The notes: generated by a model not told the origin, from the sequence alone. Shown: positions 19,641 to 29,775, counted from the first letter of the stretch. The stretch: 64,000 nucleotides of DNA from Gemmatimonadota bacterium (GCA_039586795.1 JBDHJS010000027.1:20372-84371); one strand, 5' to 3'. Made by a program: numbers and translations.

Positions 19641-22600
19641 CTAGCGGCGTATCCCCGCCGACACCCCAACCGGATCATCCTGCCAATAGTCCGGCATGAC
19701 CAGCGCCCGCTGCCGCGGCCAGATCTCGTCAAGCGACTCGCCGTCATACAACCGACCGTTCATCATCACATGACTGATCGTGTTGGTATTCCGCAGATCG
19801 TCCAGCGGGTTGCCGTTCAGCACGACCAGATCGGCGAGCTTTCCGACTTCAATCGAGCCGACATCCTGGTCGAGTCCGATCGCTTCGGCGCCGATGATCG
19901 TTGCCGCCCGCAGCGCGTCATGGTTCGACATGCCCCCGGAAGCGACCGACCAGAGCTCCCAGTGGTAACCCAGTCCCTGCAGCTGGCCGTGGCTTCCAAT
20001 GCCCACGCGACCGCCCGCCTCCATCACCTTTTTGAGAGCGACGCCATGCTCGGTGAAGACGTACTCTTCCGGCAGGAACCACTGCCCGCGACGCCGCGTC
20101 ACCTGGTCGATCACGCTGTGCGGCGTGAAGCGACGCAGTTTCGCGTCATCGTGAGGGTTCTCGTTCTCGTAGTAGTAGTTCTCCGAAAAGGGGCCGCCGT
20201 AGGCTACCAATAGCGTCGGCGAGTACGTCATCTTGCTGGCGGCGGTGAGATCGATGACGTCTTTGAACACCGGGTAGACAGGCCACGAGTGCTCCTGGCC
20301 CGGGTAGCCGTCGATGATCATGGTCAACTCGTAGGCGAAACGGAGACCGCCTTCAGTGGTCGGCATCAGGCCCTGATCCTTGGCCGCCATGATCACCCAC
20401 TGCCGCTGTTGCCGGTTGCCCGCCATGTACATCTTGATCGTCTTGGTGTCGTAGTACTCGGAGTAGCGCTTGAGGATCTTGCGCGCGTCATCCAGAGAAC
20501 TGATCGGACTCGTGATGTAGTCGCCGAACACGCCGGGCCCGGTGGAGTAGACGCGCGGCCCGATCATGCGGCCCGCTGTCACCATGTCGCCGTAGGTAAG
20601 CACGTCGGTGCTGCTGGTCTGCGGGTCGCGAGTCGCCGTCACGCCATAGGCGAGGTTGGCCAGGTACTGCCAATCTTGAGTCTTGTGAATCCCCCACGCC
20701 GGCCACATGTGCGCGTGCGTATCGACAAAGCCCGGCACGATGGTCTGGCCCGACACATCGATGACCTGCGCGTCCCCCGGCGCGTCCACCGACCCACTCC
20801 GTCCCACCGCAACGATACGATTGTCCCGCACGACGATATCCGCATCATCGATCACTTCATCACCGACCATCGTGATGACCCGCGCCCCTCGCAGCACGAC
20901 AACACCCCGCGGAATATCACGCGCCGCCTCGATGATGACCCTCACCTCCAGCGGCTGATACGCCGCCTCTTCTTCGTCATCATCCTCCTGCTCCTGCTCG
21001 TCCTCCTGATCGTTCTGCTGCTCCTGCTCGACCTCACCCTCACCCTCGTCTTCTTCCTCCAACTCCGCCGCTGCCTCAACGCTATCCTCAAACGCCTTCG
21101 CCGCATCTAAGTCATAGACCGCATGCGCGTTCCCAATCGACCAATGCAATTTTCGCCCGTCAGCCCCCCAAACCGGGAACTGCCCGCCAATATCCGTCAC
21201 CTGCCGAGCCGGAAACGCCGCGCTCTCCGGGTTGGTCAACGAGATGCTCGGCGTCTCGCCGCCGATGTAGGGCACCGTGACCGCATAGATTTGATTGTCC
21301 AGCAGCACCAACGCCTGGTCACCGACGGGAGCCATCAGAATGACGCTGGGCCGGTTGGGTTGGCTGGCTCCGGGCCGCCGGTGACCTGTCGCCTTCAGGT
21401 ACGCCTTCTCATCCGTCCCGTCCCAGCGAATCGAGATCAGGCCCTTGCTGCCGTGGTACAGGTAGATCCGGTCGGTTTCGTCGGTGAAGTGAGGCGCGCC
21501 GCGCCCTTCCGTCGGCGCGATCACAACCGGCATGCCGCCATCGGCGCTTATCCAGACCAGGTCCTCTGCGGCTCCAGGTGCGAAAGGTCCGGTGGATTCC
21601 CGGTAGGCCCGGGCCGGCCCGCGGATGGCGACGATTCGTTCGCCGTCCGGCGCCCATGCGAGCTGCTGGTAGATGCCGTTTTGCTCGGTGAGCCGCCGGG
21701 GATCGCCGCTACCATTGGAGCGCACCTTGTATATATGACCGCCCTCATCGGACCAGGTGGCGTAGGCGATCCAGCGGCCGTCCGGCGACCAGGTCGGCTC
21801 CGCTTCCGTGACCTCCATGTCGGTCAAGCGGCGCGGCGTTCCGTCGGGCCAGTCCATCACGTAGAGCCGGTCCAGCGCGCTGAAAGCTAGCGATGACGCG
21901 TCAGGTGAGGGTACAGCGTCGCGTATCTCCCGGACGGTGAACTGCGGCGAGTCCTCGATCGGGTAGTCGAACTCGACCAGCGGACCGATCTCCAGATCGA
22001 TCGAGACGTGGAAGGGGATCTCGGCCACGCCTTCGCCTGACACCGGGATGCGCCAGATCTTGCCGGCGTACGAGGCCACCAGCTCCCGGGAGTCCGGCGT
22101 GAACGACATGCCGGGGAGCACGTCGCGATCGGCGATGGACTCTTGTTCGTCGTGCTGGACCGGGTAGGCCAGCCATCGCTCGTCACCCGTCTCAAGATCC
22201 CGGATGCGAAGCCCTGTCTGGTCCTCGAATCGCGTGCCGTAGACCAGCCAGCGACCGTTGGGCGAGATCGTCGGCCGCAGGGCGGAGCCGTAGCGCGATG
22301 TACGTGAGTAACGCTCGCCGGTGTCGCGGTCGTACACCTCCAGCTGGTACTGCGGCAGCATGGCGTTGTAGTTCCAGCTGCCGCTGCGTCGCGCGTACCA
22401 GATATGGCGGCCGTCCGGCGTGAACGCGGCGCCCAACGTCTTCACGTTGTCGGGCTCCCCGACGATCACCTTGCCGGAGCCGCCGTCGATGTGGCCGATC
22501 CACAACTGGACGACACCGAGCCGCGAGTTCGAGCGTGAGGCGACGACGTACTTGCCGTCCGGCGCCCACTCGGGTGACGCGTACCCGTTGTTCTTCCCCT

Positions 22601-23042
22601 TGGTGAGCTGCGCCGTGTCGCCCGTCGCCACCTCGATGGTCCACAGGTTCTCGCCGCCGGAGCGGTCGGAGACGAAAAGGACTTTGGAACCGTCGGGGCT
22701 GAACCGCGGAGATGCATCGAACGCCATCCCGCTGGTCAGCTGAGTCGCCTCGCCCCCCTCCATCGGCAGCAGGTAGAGGTCGCCCAGGAGGTCGAAGACC
22801 AGGGTCGCGCCATCTGGACTCACGTCCAACGAGATCCAGGTCCCCTCATCGGTGTCTATGGCGACGGTACGAGCCGCCTCCAGCGGCAGGTTCTCGTTCT
22901 TCTTTTCTTCCTTGGTGGTATCGGCTTGGGCCGTATCCTGATCCTGCCAGGCCGGAAGCGCGTTGCGCGCCGGTCCGTCAGCAGCCGCAACCGACACCAA
23001 GAAGACGAGAGCGATCGTAAGACTCAGACAAGTGCGATACAT
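19641..23042 (-). CDS. Secreted amidohydrolase with N-terminal PD40/TolB-like propellers
   Basis: Likely start MYRTCLS; multiple SPDG repeats; PGFVDTHAH metal motif; GSIEVGKLADLVVL; acidic linker. Confidence 0.92.
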   Translation of the reverse strand: MYRTCLSLTIALVFLVSVAAADGPARNALPAWQDQDTAQADTTKEEKKNENLPLEAARTVAIDTDEGTWISLDVSPDGATLVFDLLGDLYLLPMEGGEATQLTSGMAFDASPRFSPDGSKVLFVSDRSGGENLWTIEVATGDTAQLTKGKNNGYASPEWAPDGKYVVASRSNSRLGVVQLWIGHIDGGSGKVIVGEPDNVKTLGAAFTPDGRHIWYARRSGSWNYNAMLPQYQLEVYDRDTGERYSRTSRYGSALRPTISPNGRWLVYGTRFEDQTGLRIRDLETGDERWLAYPVQHDEQESIADRDVLPGMSFTPDSRELVASYAGKIWRIPVSGEGVAEIPFHVSIDLEIGPLVEFDYPIEDSPQFTVREIRDAVPSPDASSLAFSALDRLYVMDWPDGTPRRLTDMEVTEAEPTWSPDGRWIAYATWSDEGGHIYKVRSNGSGDPRRLTEQNGIYQQLAWAPDGERIVAIRGPARAYRESTGPFAPGAAEDLVWISADGGMPVVIAPTEGRGAPHFTDETDRIYLYHGSKGLISIRWDGTDEKAYLKATGHRRPGASQPNRPSVILMAPVGDQALVLLDNQIYAVTVPYIGGETPSISLTNPESAAFPARQVTDIGGQFPVWGADGRKLHWSIGNAHAVYDLDAAKAFEDSVEAAAELEEEDEGEGEVEQEQQNDQEDEQEQEDDDEEEAAYQPLEVRVIIEAARDIPRGVVVLRGARVITMVGDEVIDDADIVVRDNRIVAVGRSGSVDAPGDAQVIDVSGQTIVPGFVDTHAHMWPAWGIHKTQDWQYLANLAYGVTATRDPQTSSTDVLTYGDMVTAGRMIGPRVYSTGPGVFGDYITSPISSLDDARKILKRYSEYYDTKTIKMYMAGNRQQRQWVIMAAKDQGLMPTTEGGLRFAYELTMIIDGYPGQEHSWPVYPVFKDVIDLTAASKMTYSPTLLVAYGGPFSENYYYENENPHDDAKLRRFTPHSVIDQVTRRRGQWFLPEEYVFTEHGVALKKVMEAGGRVGIGSHGQLQGLGYHWELWSVASGGMSNHDALRAATIIGAEAIGLDQDVGSIEVGKLADLVVLNGNPLDDLRNTNTISHVMMNGRLYDGESLDEIWPRQRALVMPDYWQDDPVGVSAGIRR

Positions 23043-23220
23043 AGATGCCCCCATGGGTCGGATAGGAGACGCAGTCCTGGGTGGTTTGACGAGACAAGAT
23101 CGACTTTGGCCCAACCGGCGGCAAGAGACATCGCCTGTGCAGCAGGGAGGGATCGCCGCGGAGGCCGGAGCGATCGGTCCGTCGATCCCGACCCGAATCC
23201 ATCAAATCTCCGAACAGCGT

Positions 23221-23249
23221 GCAACCTTTTTGGTACAGGAACCGTCTGA
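23221..23249 (+). promoter_or_regulatory. Putative ECF-sigma promoter
   Basis: GCAACC-N16-CGTCTGA directly upstream of the 23254 ORF. Confidence 0.4.
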
Positions 23250-23253
23250 TTAA

Positions 23254-25962
23254 GTGGCACCGCAGATGGGGGAGTGCGTCGTTGTGCGCAGCATCATCTT
23301 TGCTCTGACAGTCCAATCCCTCGCCCCCCAGACCGCTGATACCGTTAGCGAGAACGACTATTCACACCTGGTGAACCCGGATGGCCGGGTACCTCCCCAT
23401 CTCATAGCCAAATACATCGAAGACGCGCCTCGCCTGGATGGTCGCCTGGACGAAGAGGCCTGGCGCGGCGCCATGATCGTCTGGGACTTCACGCAGGTTG
23501 AGCCCGAGGACGGGACGGAGCCAACCGAGCGTACCGAGGTCTGTATCGTCTACGACCGGGGGGCCCTCTATATCGGAGCCCGTCTGTTCGACCGCGAACC
23601 GGAGCGTATCGCGCGGCGGCTTGGCCGCCGGGACAGCCACACGTCCAGCGACATGTTCTGGGTCAACATCGACTCGTACCACGACCACCGCACCACGTTC
23701 CGCTTCAGCGTAAACCCGGCTGGCGTCCGAGGCGACGAGATCGCAACCAACGATGACATACACGGCGACGGCTCCTGGGAGCCGGTCTGGGATGTTGCCA
23801 CTCGCGTCGACTCGCTGGGCTGGGTGGTGGAGATGCGGATCCCGTTCTCACAGCTCCGTTTCTCCAGCGCCGAGGAGCAGGTCTGGGGTATCAACTTCGC
23901 TCGAGACGTCTTCCGTAAGAACGAGAGCCTCAGATGGAGTTGGGCTCCGAATACCGAGGAGGGCTACGCTTCGCACTTCGGACATGTGGGTGGATTGCGC
24001 GGGATCCCGGCGCCGCGAAGGCTCGAGCTCCTTCCGTACACCGTCGGCACGGTCGAGAACCTCCAGGGTGGAGATCCGGCCAATCCTTTCACCCAGGGCG
24101 GAAACTACGACGTGTCGATCGGTCTCGACCTCAAGTACGGGTTGACCAGTAGCCTCACTCTGGATGCCACGGTCAATCCTGATTTCGGCCAGGTGGAAGC
24201 CGACCCCGCGGTGGTCAACCTGAGTGTATTTGAGATCCGTTTTCCCGAGCGGCGTCCCTTCTTTGTCGAGGGAGCCGACATCTTCCGCTTCGGTGCGGGC
24301 AGCGGCGGCTTTGTCTTTGGAGCGCCCGAGCTTTTCTATTCGCGTCGTATCGGCCGGCCGCCAAGTCGATCGCTGTTCGTCGAGGACGGATACGTCAAGT
24401 ACCCGGTCTACTCGACGATCATCGGCGCGGCGAAGCTCTCCGGCAAAACCGGTAGCTGGTCCATCGGCGCGCTGGAGGCGTTAACGGCTTCCGAGTTCGC
24501 TGAAGTCGTCATGCCTGACGGCCGCCGTAAGTCCGCACAGGTCGAGCCGCTCACGAACTACGCGGTTCTCAGCCTGCGGAAGGATATGCGCGGTGGCAGC
24601 AGCGGGATCGGCATCCTCGGGGCCAGCGTGATCCGCGATTTGTCGAACCCCGCGTTCAAGTACCTGCGCCGGACGGCGTTTACCGGCGGCATGGACTTTT
24701 TCCATCGTTTCGGCGGTAATCAGTTCGTGCTCAACGGATCGATGAGCGCTTCCCACATTCGGGGCGATCCGCTGTCCATCACCATCGCACAGCTCTCGTC
24801 GGCCCGCTTCTACCAGCGACCCGACCAGGACTACGTTTCGGTGGACACGACGGCGACGAGCATGACTGGCTTTGCTAGCTCGATGCAGCTGGGCAAAGTC
24901 GCCGGCAACTGGACATACGCGACCGACTTCTACGCCTACACGCCGGGCCTGGAGGTCAACGACGCCGGGTTCGAAAACACAGCCGACCGGATTTTTTGGG
25001 GGCTGCGGGTCAATCGCCGCTGGCTGAATCCTGGGAAGGTCTTTCGAAGGTTCTCGGTCAGCACGACCTTCGCGCAGGGTTGGAACTTCGGCGGGACAAA
25101 CCAGTTCCGCGAACTGTACTTCGGTTTCGGGGGGCAGTTCCTTAACTACTGGAACTTCAACCTGGGTTCCAGCTACAGTTTCACCGCGCTGAGCGACAAG
25201 TCGACGCGCGGTGGCCCGCTCATGGAAAGTCCGCGCCAATGGAACGCCAGCGGCTTCATCGGCTCCGACTATCGCAAGCCCTTCTCGGTCGAACTCTTCG
25301 CCTGGTACGCGCAGAACGTCTACGACGGATGGGGTGCCAGCACGGGCCTCGAATTCGCCTTCCGACCGACCGGCGCGCTAACCTTCCGGATCATGCCCGG
25401 CTACAACAAGTCGCGCTCGATTGGCTTCTATGTCACCCAACAGCCGGATTCACTGGCGACGGCCACTTACGGCGGCCGCTACGTGTTCAGTCAGCTGCTT
25501 CAGGAGAGCCTCGACGTCACGATTCGGGCCGACCTGGCGATCACACCCGACCTTTCACTCCAGCTCTGGGCACAGCCTTACGTGGCGAGCGGTGACTACA
25601 TGGGATACAAGGAGCTGGCCCAGTCCAGCTCGTTCGATTTCTGGCGCTACGGTGTCGACGGCGCTTCGACGATAGAGTTCGACTCCAATAACAACGTGTA
25701 CACCGTCGACCCCGATGGCCCCGGCCCCGCCGAGCCGTTCAGCTTCGGCAACCCCGACTTCTCGTTCCGCTCGATCCGCAGCAACCTGGTCCTACGCTGG
25801 GAGTATTTCCCCGGGTCGACGATCTTCTTCGTCTGGAACCACAACCGCTCCGGTTTCTCCAGCGATCCCGATTTCCGCGGCTTCAACGAGTTCGGCCGCC
25901 TGTTCGACGACCCGATGGCCAACATGTTCCTGGTCAAGGTCAACTACTGGTTCAGCCCGTAG
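23254..25962 (+). CDS. CBM9-like N-terminal domain plus DUF5916 beta-barrel protein
   Basis: PRLDGRLDEEAW, WVVEMRIPFSQLRF, TVNPDFGQVEAD, FPERRPFF, LFYSRRIG; C-terminal KVNYW; start uncertain. Confidence 0.87.
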   Translation: MAPQMGECVVVRSIIFALTVQSLAPQTADTVSENDYSHLVNPDGRVPPHLIAKYIEDAPRLDGRLDEEAWRGAMIVWDFTQVEPEDGTEPTERTEVCIVYDRGALYIGARLFDREPERIARRLGRRDSHTSSDMFWVNIDSYHDHRTTFRFSVNPAGVRGDEIATNDDIHGDGSWEPVWDVATRVDSLGWVVEMRIPFSQLRFSSAEEQVWGINFARDVFRKNESLRWSWAPNTEEGYASHFGHVGGLRGIPAPRRLELLPYTVGTVENLQGGDPANPFTQGGNYDVSIGLDLKYGLTSSLTLDATVNPDFGQVEADPAVVNLSVFEIRFPERRPFFVEGADIFRFGAGSGGFVFGAPELFYSRRIGRPPSRSLFVEDGYVKYPVYSTIIGAAKLSGKTGSWSIGALEALTASEFAEVVMPDGRRKSAQVEPLTNYAVLSLRKDMRGGSSGIGILGASVIRDLSNPAFKYLRRTAFTGGMDFFHRFGGNQFVLNGSMSASHIRGDPLSITIAQLSSARFYQRPDQDYVSVDTTATSMTGFASSMQLGKVAGNWTYATDFYAYTPGLEVNDAGFENTADRIFWGLRVNRRWLNPGKVFRRFSVSTTFAQGWNFGGTNQFRELYFGFGGQFLNYWNFNLGSSYSFTALSDKSTRGGPLMESPRQWNASGFIGSDYRKPFSVELFAWYAQNVYDGWGASTGLEFAFRPTGALTFRIMPGYNKSRSIGFYVTQQPDSLATATYGGRYVFSQLLQESLDVTIRADLAITPDLSLQLWAQPYVASGDYMGYKELAQSSSFDFWRYGVDGASTIEFDSNNNVYTVDPDGPGPAEPFSFGNPDFSFRSIRSNLVLRWEYFPGSTIFFVWNHNRSGFSSDPDFRGFNEFGRLFDDPMANMFLVKVNYWFSP

Positions 25963-26042
25963 ACCCTAAGAACGCTCTTGCCGCCGCCGACTTTCTGGGC
26001 CAGGTTCTCCTCTAGACCCCTCGTCTAAGGAACGGATTTGCC

Positions 26043-27221
26043 ATGCACTCAGCGCGCCGAGTTCTCGACCTGACCGCCGTCCTGGTAATCGCTGCCGCGC
26101 TCGTCGCCATCCAAGCGTGCGATGACGAAAGCACGACGGCTCCATCGCAGGGCTCCATCGAAGTCACCACGTCCACAACCGGCGTCGAGATCGATCCAGA
26201 CGGTTATACGGTGAGCATCGACGGTGGCACCCCCGAGGCGATCGGCGCCAACGATTCACAGTTGTTCGGGTTTCTGTCCGTCGGCGATCACGAGGTCGAG
26301 CTAGCCGGACTCGCAGGGAACTGCGGGGTGGACGGGCAGAATCCGCGCACGGTATCGGTGACGGTCTTGAGCTCCACGCCCACCACCTTCGACGTGGTCT
26401 GTCGGGCGACCCTCTTCGACAAGATCGCCTTCGCCAGCTTCCGCGGAACCGAACAGGACATCTTCGCAATGAACCCGGATGGGTCCGGCGAGGCGCAACT
26501 CAACTCGGAGGCCGGGAGCGATTTCTTTGCCAACGTCTCTCCGGATGGACTGCGGGTCGTCTTCACCAGCACCCGCGATGGGAACGAAGAGATCTACGTG
26601 ATGGACTCCGATGGCCAAAACCCGATGCGTTTGACCTCAGCAGCCGGCCGCGACCGCGAACCGACCTGGTCGCCTGACGGCGAGCGCATCGTCTTCGCCA
26701 GCGAGCGGGACGGCGGCGGCCAACAGCTGTATATCATGAACGCCGACGGATCGGCTCAGCTGCGACTGACGAATAGCGCGGGTTTCGACACGCAACCTGC
26801 CTGGTCGCCCGTCGATGACCGAATCGCCTTCATCAGCGATCGTGACGGCAATACCGAGATCTACGTGATCAACGCCGACGGCAGCGGCTTGACGAGGCTC
26901 ACAAACAACGCGGCGGTGGACGCCCAGCCTGCCTGGTCGCCCAACGGTCAGCAGGTCTCCTTCAGCACCGATCGTAGCGGCACGTTCGATATCTGGTTGA
27001 TGAATGCGGATGGATCGACCCCCACACCTTTCATCGAGGGTACGGCCTTCGATCGCTCTTCCACCTGGTCGCGCAACGGCACCTGGATCGCCTTCATGAG
27101 CGATCGTGATGGGAATTTCGAGATCTATAGAGTAAACGCAGACGGGTCAGGGCTCATTCGTCTTACGAACAATCCGGACTTCGATCAGTTGGCGCCCCAG
27201 GCCTGGGGGCCGAACCGCTAG
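26043..27221 (+). CDS. TolB-like PD40 beta-propeller lipoprotein
   Basis: IQAC lipobox; Ig-like N-domain; repeated P-WSPDG-x2-I-F-S-RDG-EIY-MNADG units. Confidence 0.87.
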   Translation: MHSARRVLDLTAVLVIAAALVAIQACDDESTTAPSQGSIEVTTSTTGVEIDPDGYTVSIDGGTPEAIGANDSQLFGFLSVGDHEVELAGLAGNCGVDGQNPRTVSVTVLSSTPTTFDVVCRATLFDKIAFASFRGTEQDIFAMNPDGSGEAQLNSEAGSDFFANVSPDGLRVVFTSTRDGNEEIYVMDSDGQNPMRLTSAAGRDREPTWSPDGERIVFASERDGGGQQLYIMNADGSAQLRLTNSAGFDTQPAWSPVDDRIAFISDRDGNTEIYVINADGSGLTRLTNNAAVDAQPAWSPNGQQVSFSTDRSGTFDIWLMNADGSTPTPFIEGTAFDRSSTWSRNGTWIAFMSDRDGNFEIYRVNADGSGLIRLTNNPDFDQLAPQAWGPNR

Positions 27222-27372
27222 AGCGATCCACGCCATCGAGCATCAAGCCGTACGATTCCGACTAGCGGCCCGATGCCCTCAAGCGATCCCGACCCAGACC
27301 CGCCTGGAGGACGGCACTAGTGTGCCTGAGTCCTACGGAGTGTTGCGTATTCGCGGTGGGTGTATTGGAGGA

Positions 27373-27549
27373 CTACATCCGGAGGCCGAGCAACCACCAG
27401 CGGCGGCGCTTCGGTTCCTTGCCGTCCTTGAGCCTCAACTTCTTCAGCTTGTCGGCGCCCTTCGGACGACCCGACGCCGTCGCGAACATTCGCCGGTTCG
27501 TCTCGTCTTTGTAGATCGGGGCCACATCCTTCTTCAGGCCGAACCACAT
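27373..27549 (-). CDS. Small basic hypothetical protein (58 aa), not in the ORF track
   Basis: AGGAGG 8 nt upstream of ATG; MWFGLKKDVAPIYKDETNRRMFATASGRPKGADKLKKLRLKDGKEPKRRRWWLLGLRM*; high GC3; fills an intergenic gap. Confidence 0.7.
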   Translation of the reverse strand: MWFGLKKDVAPIYKDETNRRMFATASGRPKGADKLKKLRLKDGKEPKRRRWWLLGLRM

Positions 27550-27691
27550 GCGCGGAACCTCCTGTACTTCGCGAGGCGCAGCCGCCTCTCTGGGGCTAAT
27601 ACGACCTTTGGTTCCTTAACCGGAACGATTCTCGAAGGTAGTCAGGAGGGTAGGGAAGTCAACAAGAGAGCCCCACCCCCGCTCGCGTCCG

Positions 27692-28207
27692 CTATAGATA
27701 TCGGAACATTGCCATTCCGACCACCGCGATGACCAGGAAGGCGGCGACCCAACGTCCGCCCACCGCGGTCCGCTGACGCAACCGCTGCACCTCCGCCATC
27801 TGCGCGTCTCGCTCGGGACCTTCCGGCATTTGCTGCGCGCTCTGGGCGAGGGGGCCGGTGCGCTTCGCCGAGGGCCGCAGCACCGTCATCCCGATCGTGA
27901 ACGCGACCAGGGCGGCCAGCGAGCCGATGGTCAGGCTGAGCCCCGGTGCCGTGCCCATCCAATCTGTGCTGAACCCGCCGGACGCGCGCCGGTAGAGCTC
28001 GATGCCGGAGATGATGGTGAGGATGGCCATGCCGGGGACGATGTCCAGGAGCCGGCGCCGCGTCAGGGCCTGCACGACCTTGCCGCCTTCCGGACCCGCC
28101 TCGGCGACCGCGGGCTGGAGCATGGTGGATAGGAAGAAGAGCGTTCCCGCCCAGTAGACTCCACAGAGGATGTGAATCACACGGAGGACGAGCGTGACCG
28201 TATTCAT
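27692..28207 (-). CDS. Small 4-TM membrane protein (DUF2269/CopD-like)
   Basis: LRVIHILCGVYWAG motif; four hydrophobic helices. Confidence 0.75.
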   Translation of the reverse strand: MNTVTLVLRVIHILCGVYWAGTLFFLSTMLQPAVAEAGPEGGKVVQALTRRRLLDIVPGMAILTIISGIELYRRASGGFSTDWMGTAPGLSLTIGSLAALVAFTIGMTVLRPSAKRTGPLAQSAQQMPEGPERDAQMAEVQRLRQRTAVGGRWVAAFLVIAVVGMAMFRYL

Positions 28208-28282
28208 GCGGCCGCCTTTCGTGAAGGTTGGGTGCGGGGCACATACTAGGGAGGCCAGCCGCGTGGGGAAAGCTCCCGGGGG

Positions 28283-28316
28283 TTGACCGTAGAGTGTGTA
28301 CTATATAGTATACACT
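28283..28316 (+). promoter_or_regulatory. Sigma70 promoter overlapped by a 24-bp palindromic operator
   Basis: TTGACC-N17-TAGTAT; AGTGTgTACTATATAGTAtACACT at 28293-28316 (11 of 12 pairs complementary). Confidence 0.75.
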
Positions 28317-28331
28317 TCAGGAGGTATTGGC

Positions 28332-28685
28332 ATGTCAGCCTTTGGGGATTTCGTGCGGGAGGCCCGGGAAGCGCTCCGCCAGACGGAGGCACGCTTTTCG
28401 GTTCGCCAGGTGGCGGCGAGGATCGGTGTTCAGCCGTCATATCTGAGCAAAGTCGAGCGTGGCGACGTGGGGCCGCCGTCCGAGGCGACGATTCTCCGCC
28501 TCGCCGAGGATCTGAGCGAGGACCCGGATGTGATGTTGGCGCTCGCCGGTAAGGTGTCCAGCGATCTGCTAGAGACGATCCGGAAACGGCCGCGGCTGTT
28601 CGCGGACCTGATTCGAGAATTGAGAGACATGCCCGATCGCGCCATGCTGCGCCTGGTCCGCGAAGTCCGCGATGGGGATTGGTAG
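28332..28685 (+). CDS. XRE-family HTH transcriptional regulator
   Basis: GGAGG RBS; FGDFVRE, SVRQVAARIGVQPSYLSKVERG, PPSE motifs. Confidence 0.9.
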   Translation: MSAFGDFVREAREALRQTEARFSVRQVAARIGVQPSYLSKVERGDVGPPSEATILRLAEDLSEDPDVMLALAGKVSSDLLETIRKRPRLFADLIRELRDMPDRAMLRLVREVRDGDW

Positions 28686-28719
28686 CTATTACGATTATGC
28701 GGAAGGCAGGTAGGGTATC

Positions 28720-29736
28720 ATGATCGAGTTGAAGAAGAACAGGCTGGTCTTTTCGTTCCCCGATGTCCATCAAGAGGCGAATCTGACCATGGAGTTCCAG
28801 CGCACGCTTCGCATCCCGGATGACGGTACAGACTACTTGCTGCCGCCGGGGTTGGGTGCCTTTCCGCTGCGTCACGTCGATGACTATGCGCAGAACGTAC
28901 CCGAAAGCTGGATCGAGCACGGTGGAGTGATGCTGCCGATGTACCAGTCGGAGGCAATGTGGATCGCGTTTGGTTTCGGGTACGGAGTCAACAGGTATCC
29001 GTTCGCCGTGAAGATCGCCACGGGGAAGATCAACGCGGTGACTGGAAAGGAATGGCAGAACGGACTCAACCGCCGGCCGCAGGATTATGTCGTCGTACCG
29101 GAGCAACCCTGGCTGGACGGCTACTGCGTGGAGAAAGGTGTGATCAGGCAATTTGTCGCCATGCCACTGGGCGCGGGCTACAGCGTCGAGGAGCAGCTCA
29201 CCGGTGAAGCTGAGTATGGAGGTATTCAGATCATTGCCTACCCGATGAAGCGGGAGGCGTACGAACGCATCAAGGACAGGTGGAGCGACGCCCCCGTGGC
29301 CCTGGCCTCAAAGGCGCTCAAGGTCGGGTCGGCTAAACCGTTCGCCATGGGGCTGGCTCCGGGTGGCCGCATGCGGCAGAACATCTACGATGACACCTTC
29401 AACTTCGAGGATTGGGAGTTGGAGCACTCGAGCCGCTGCTTCGTCCACATCGCAAACGCGCTGGTCTGGCGCGCCATCACGGGCAAAGCGCCGCCCACGG
29501 TTCCGCCGACGGCGAAGGAGTACACCAAGGCCGGGCTACCCTGGTTCGATCTCTACGACGGGGACAAGCAGGCGCTGGAGGGCGCCAAAGGACTGAAGGG
29601 CATCAAGAGCGTGTTGCAGTTCGGCAAAGAAAAGGGCGACGTGCCGCTCCCGGAGAACGAAACGGTTGATCCGAAGAACGTGGTGATGCTCCGGCACGGA
29701 CTCAGGAAGGACCAGGTTCGGGAAGGCGCGTTCTGA
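28720..29736 (+). CDS. Conserved hypothetical soluble protein (338 aa), co-transcribed with the XRE gene
   Basis: Long ORF with coding-type codon use; motif-like blocks FQRTLRIPDD, LPPGLGAFPL, LPMYQSEAMW, QPWLDG, QFVAMPLG, MGLAPGG; no signal or TM seen. Confidence 0.85.
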   Translation: MIELKKNRLVFSFPDVHQEANLTMEFQRTLRIPDDGTDYLLPPGLGAFPLRHVDDYAQNVPESWIEHGGVMLPMYQSEAMWIAFGFGYGVNRYPFAVKIATGKINAVTGKEWQNGLNRRPQDYVVVPEQPWLDGYCVEKGVIRQFVAMPLGAGYSVEEQLTGEAEYGGIQIIAYPMKREAYERIKDRWSDAPVALASKALKVGSAKPFAMGLAPGGRMRQNIYDDTFNFEDWELEHSSRCFVHIANALVWRAITGKAPPTVPPTAKEYTKAGLPWFDLYDGDKQALEGAKGLKGIKSVLQFGKEKGDVPLPENETVDPKNVVMLRHGLRKDQVREGAF

Positions 29737-29775
29737 GTCGGAATCAGCCTAGCCTGCGCCGAACCTGGCGTTACT

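Noticed and set aside
28293..28316. Second YtrA operator
   Set aside because: It resembles AGTGT...ACACT boxes, but its spacing differs from the TGT-N15-ACA site at 14281 and it sits on the XRE promoter, so XRE autoregulation is more parsimonious
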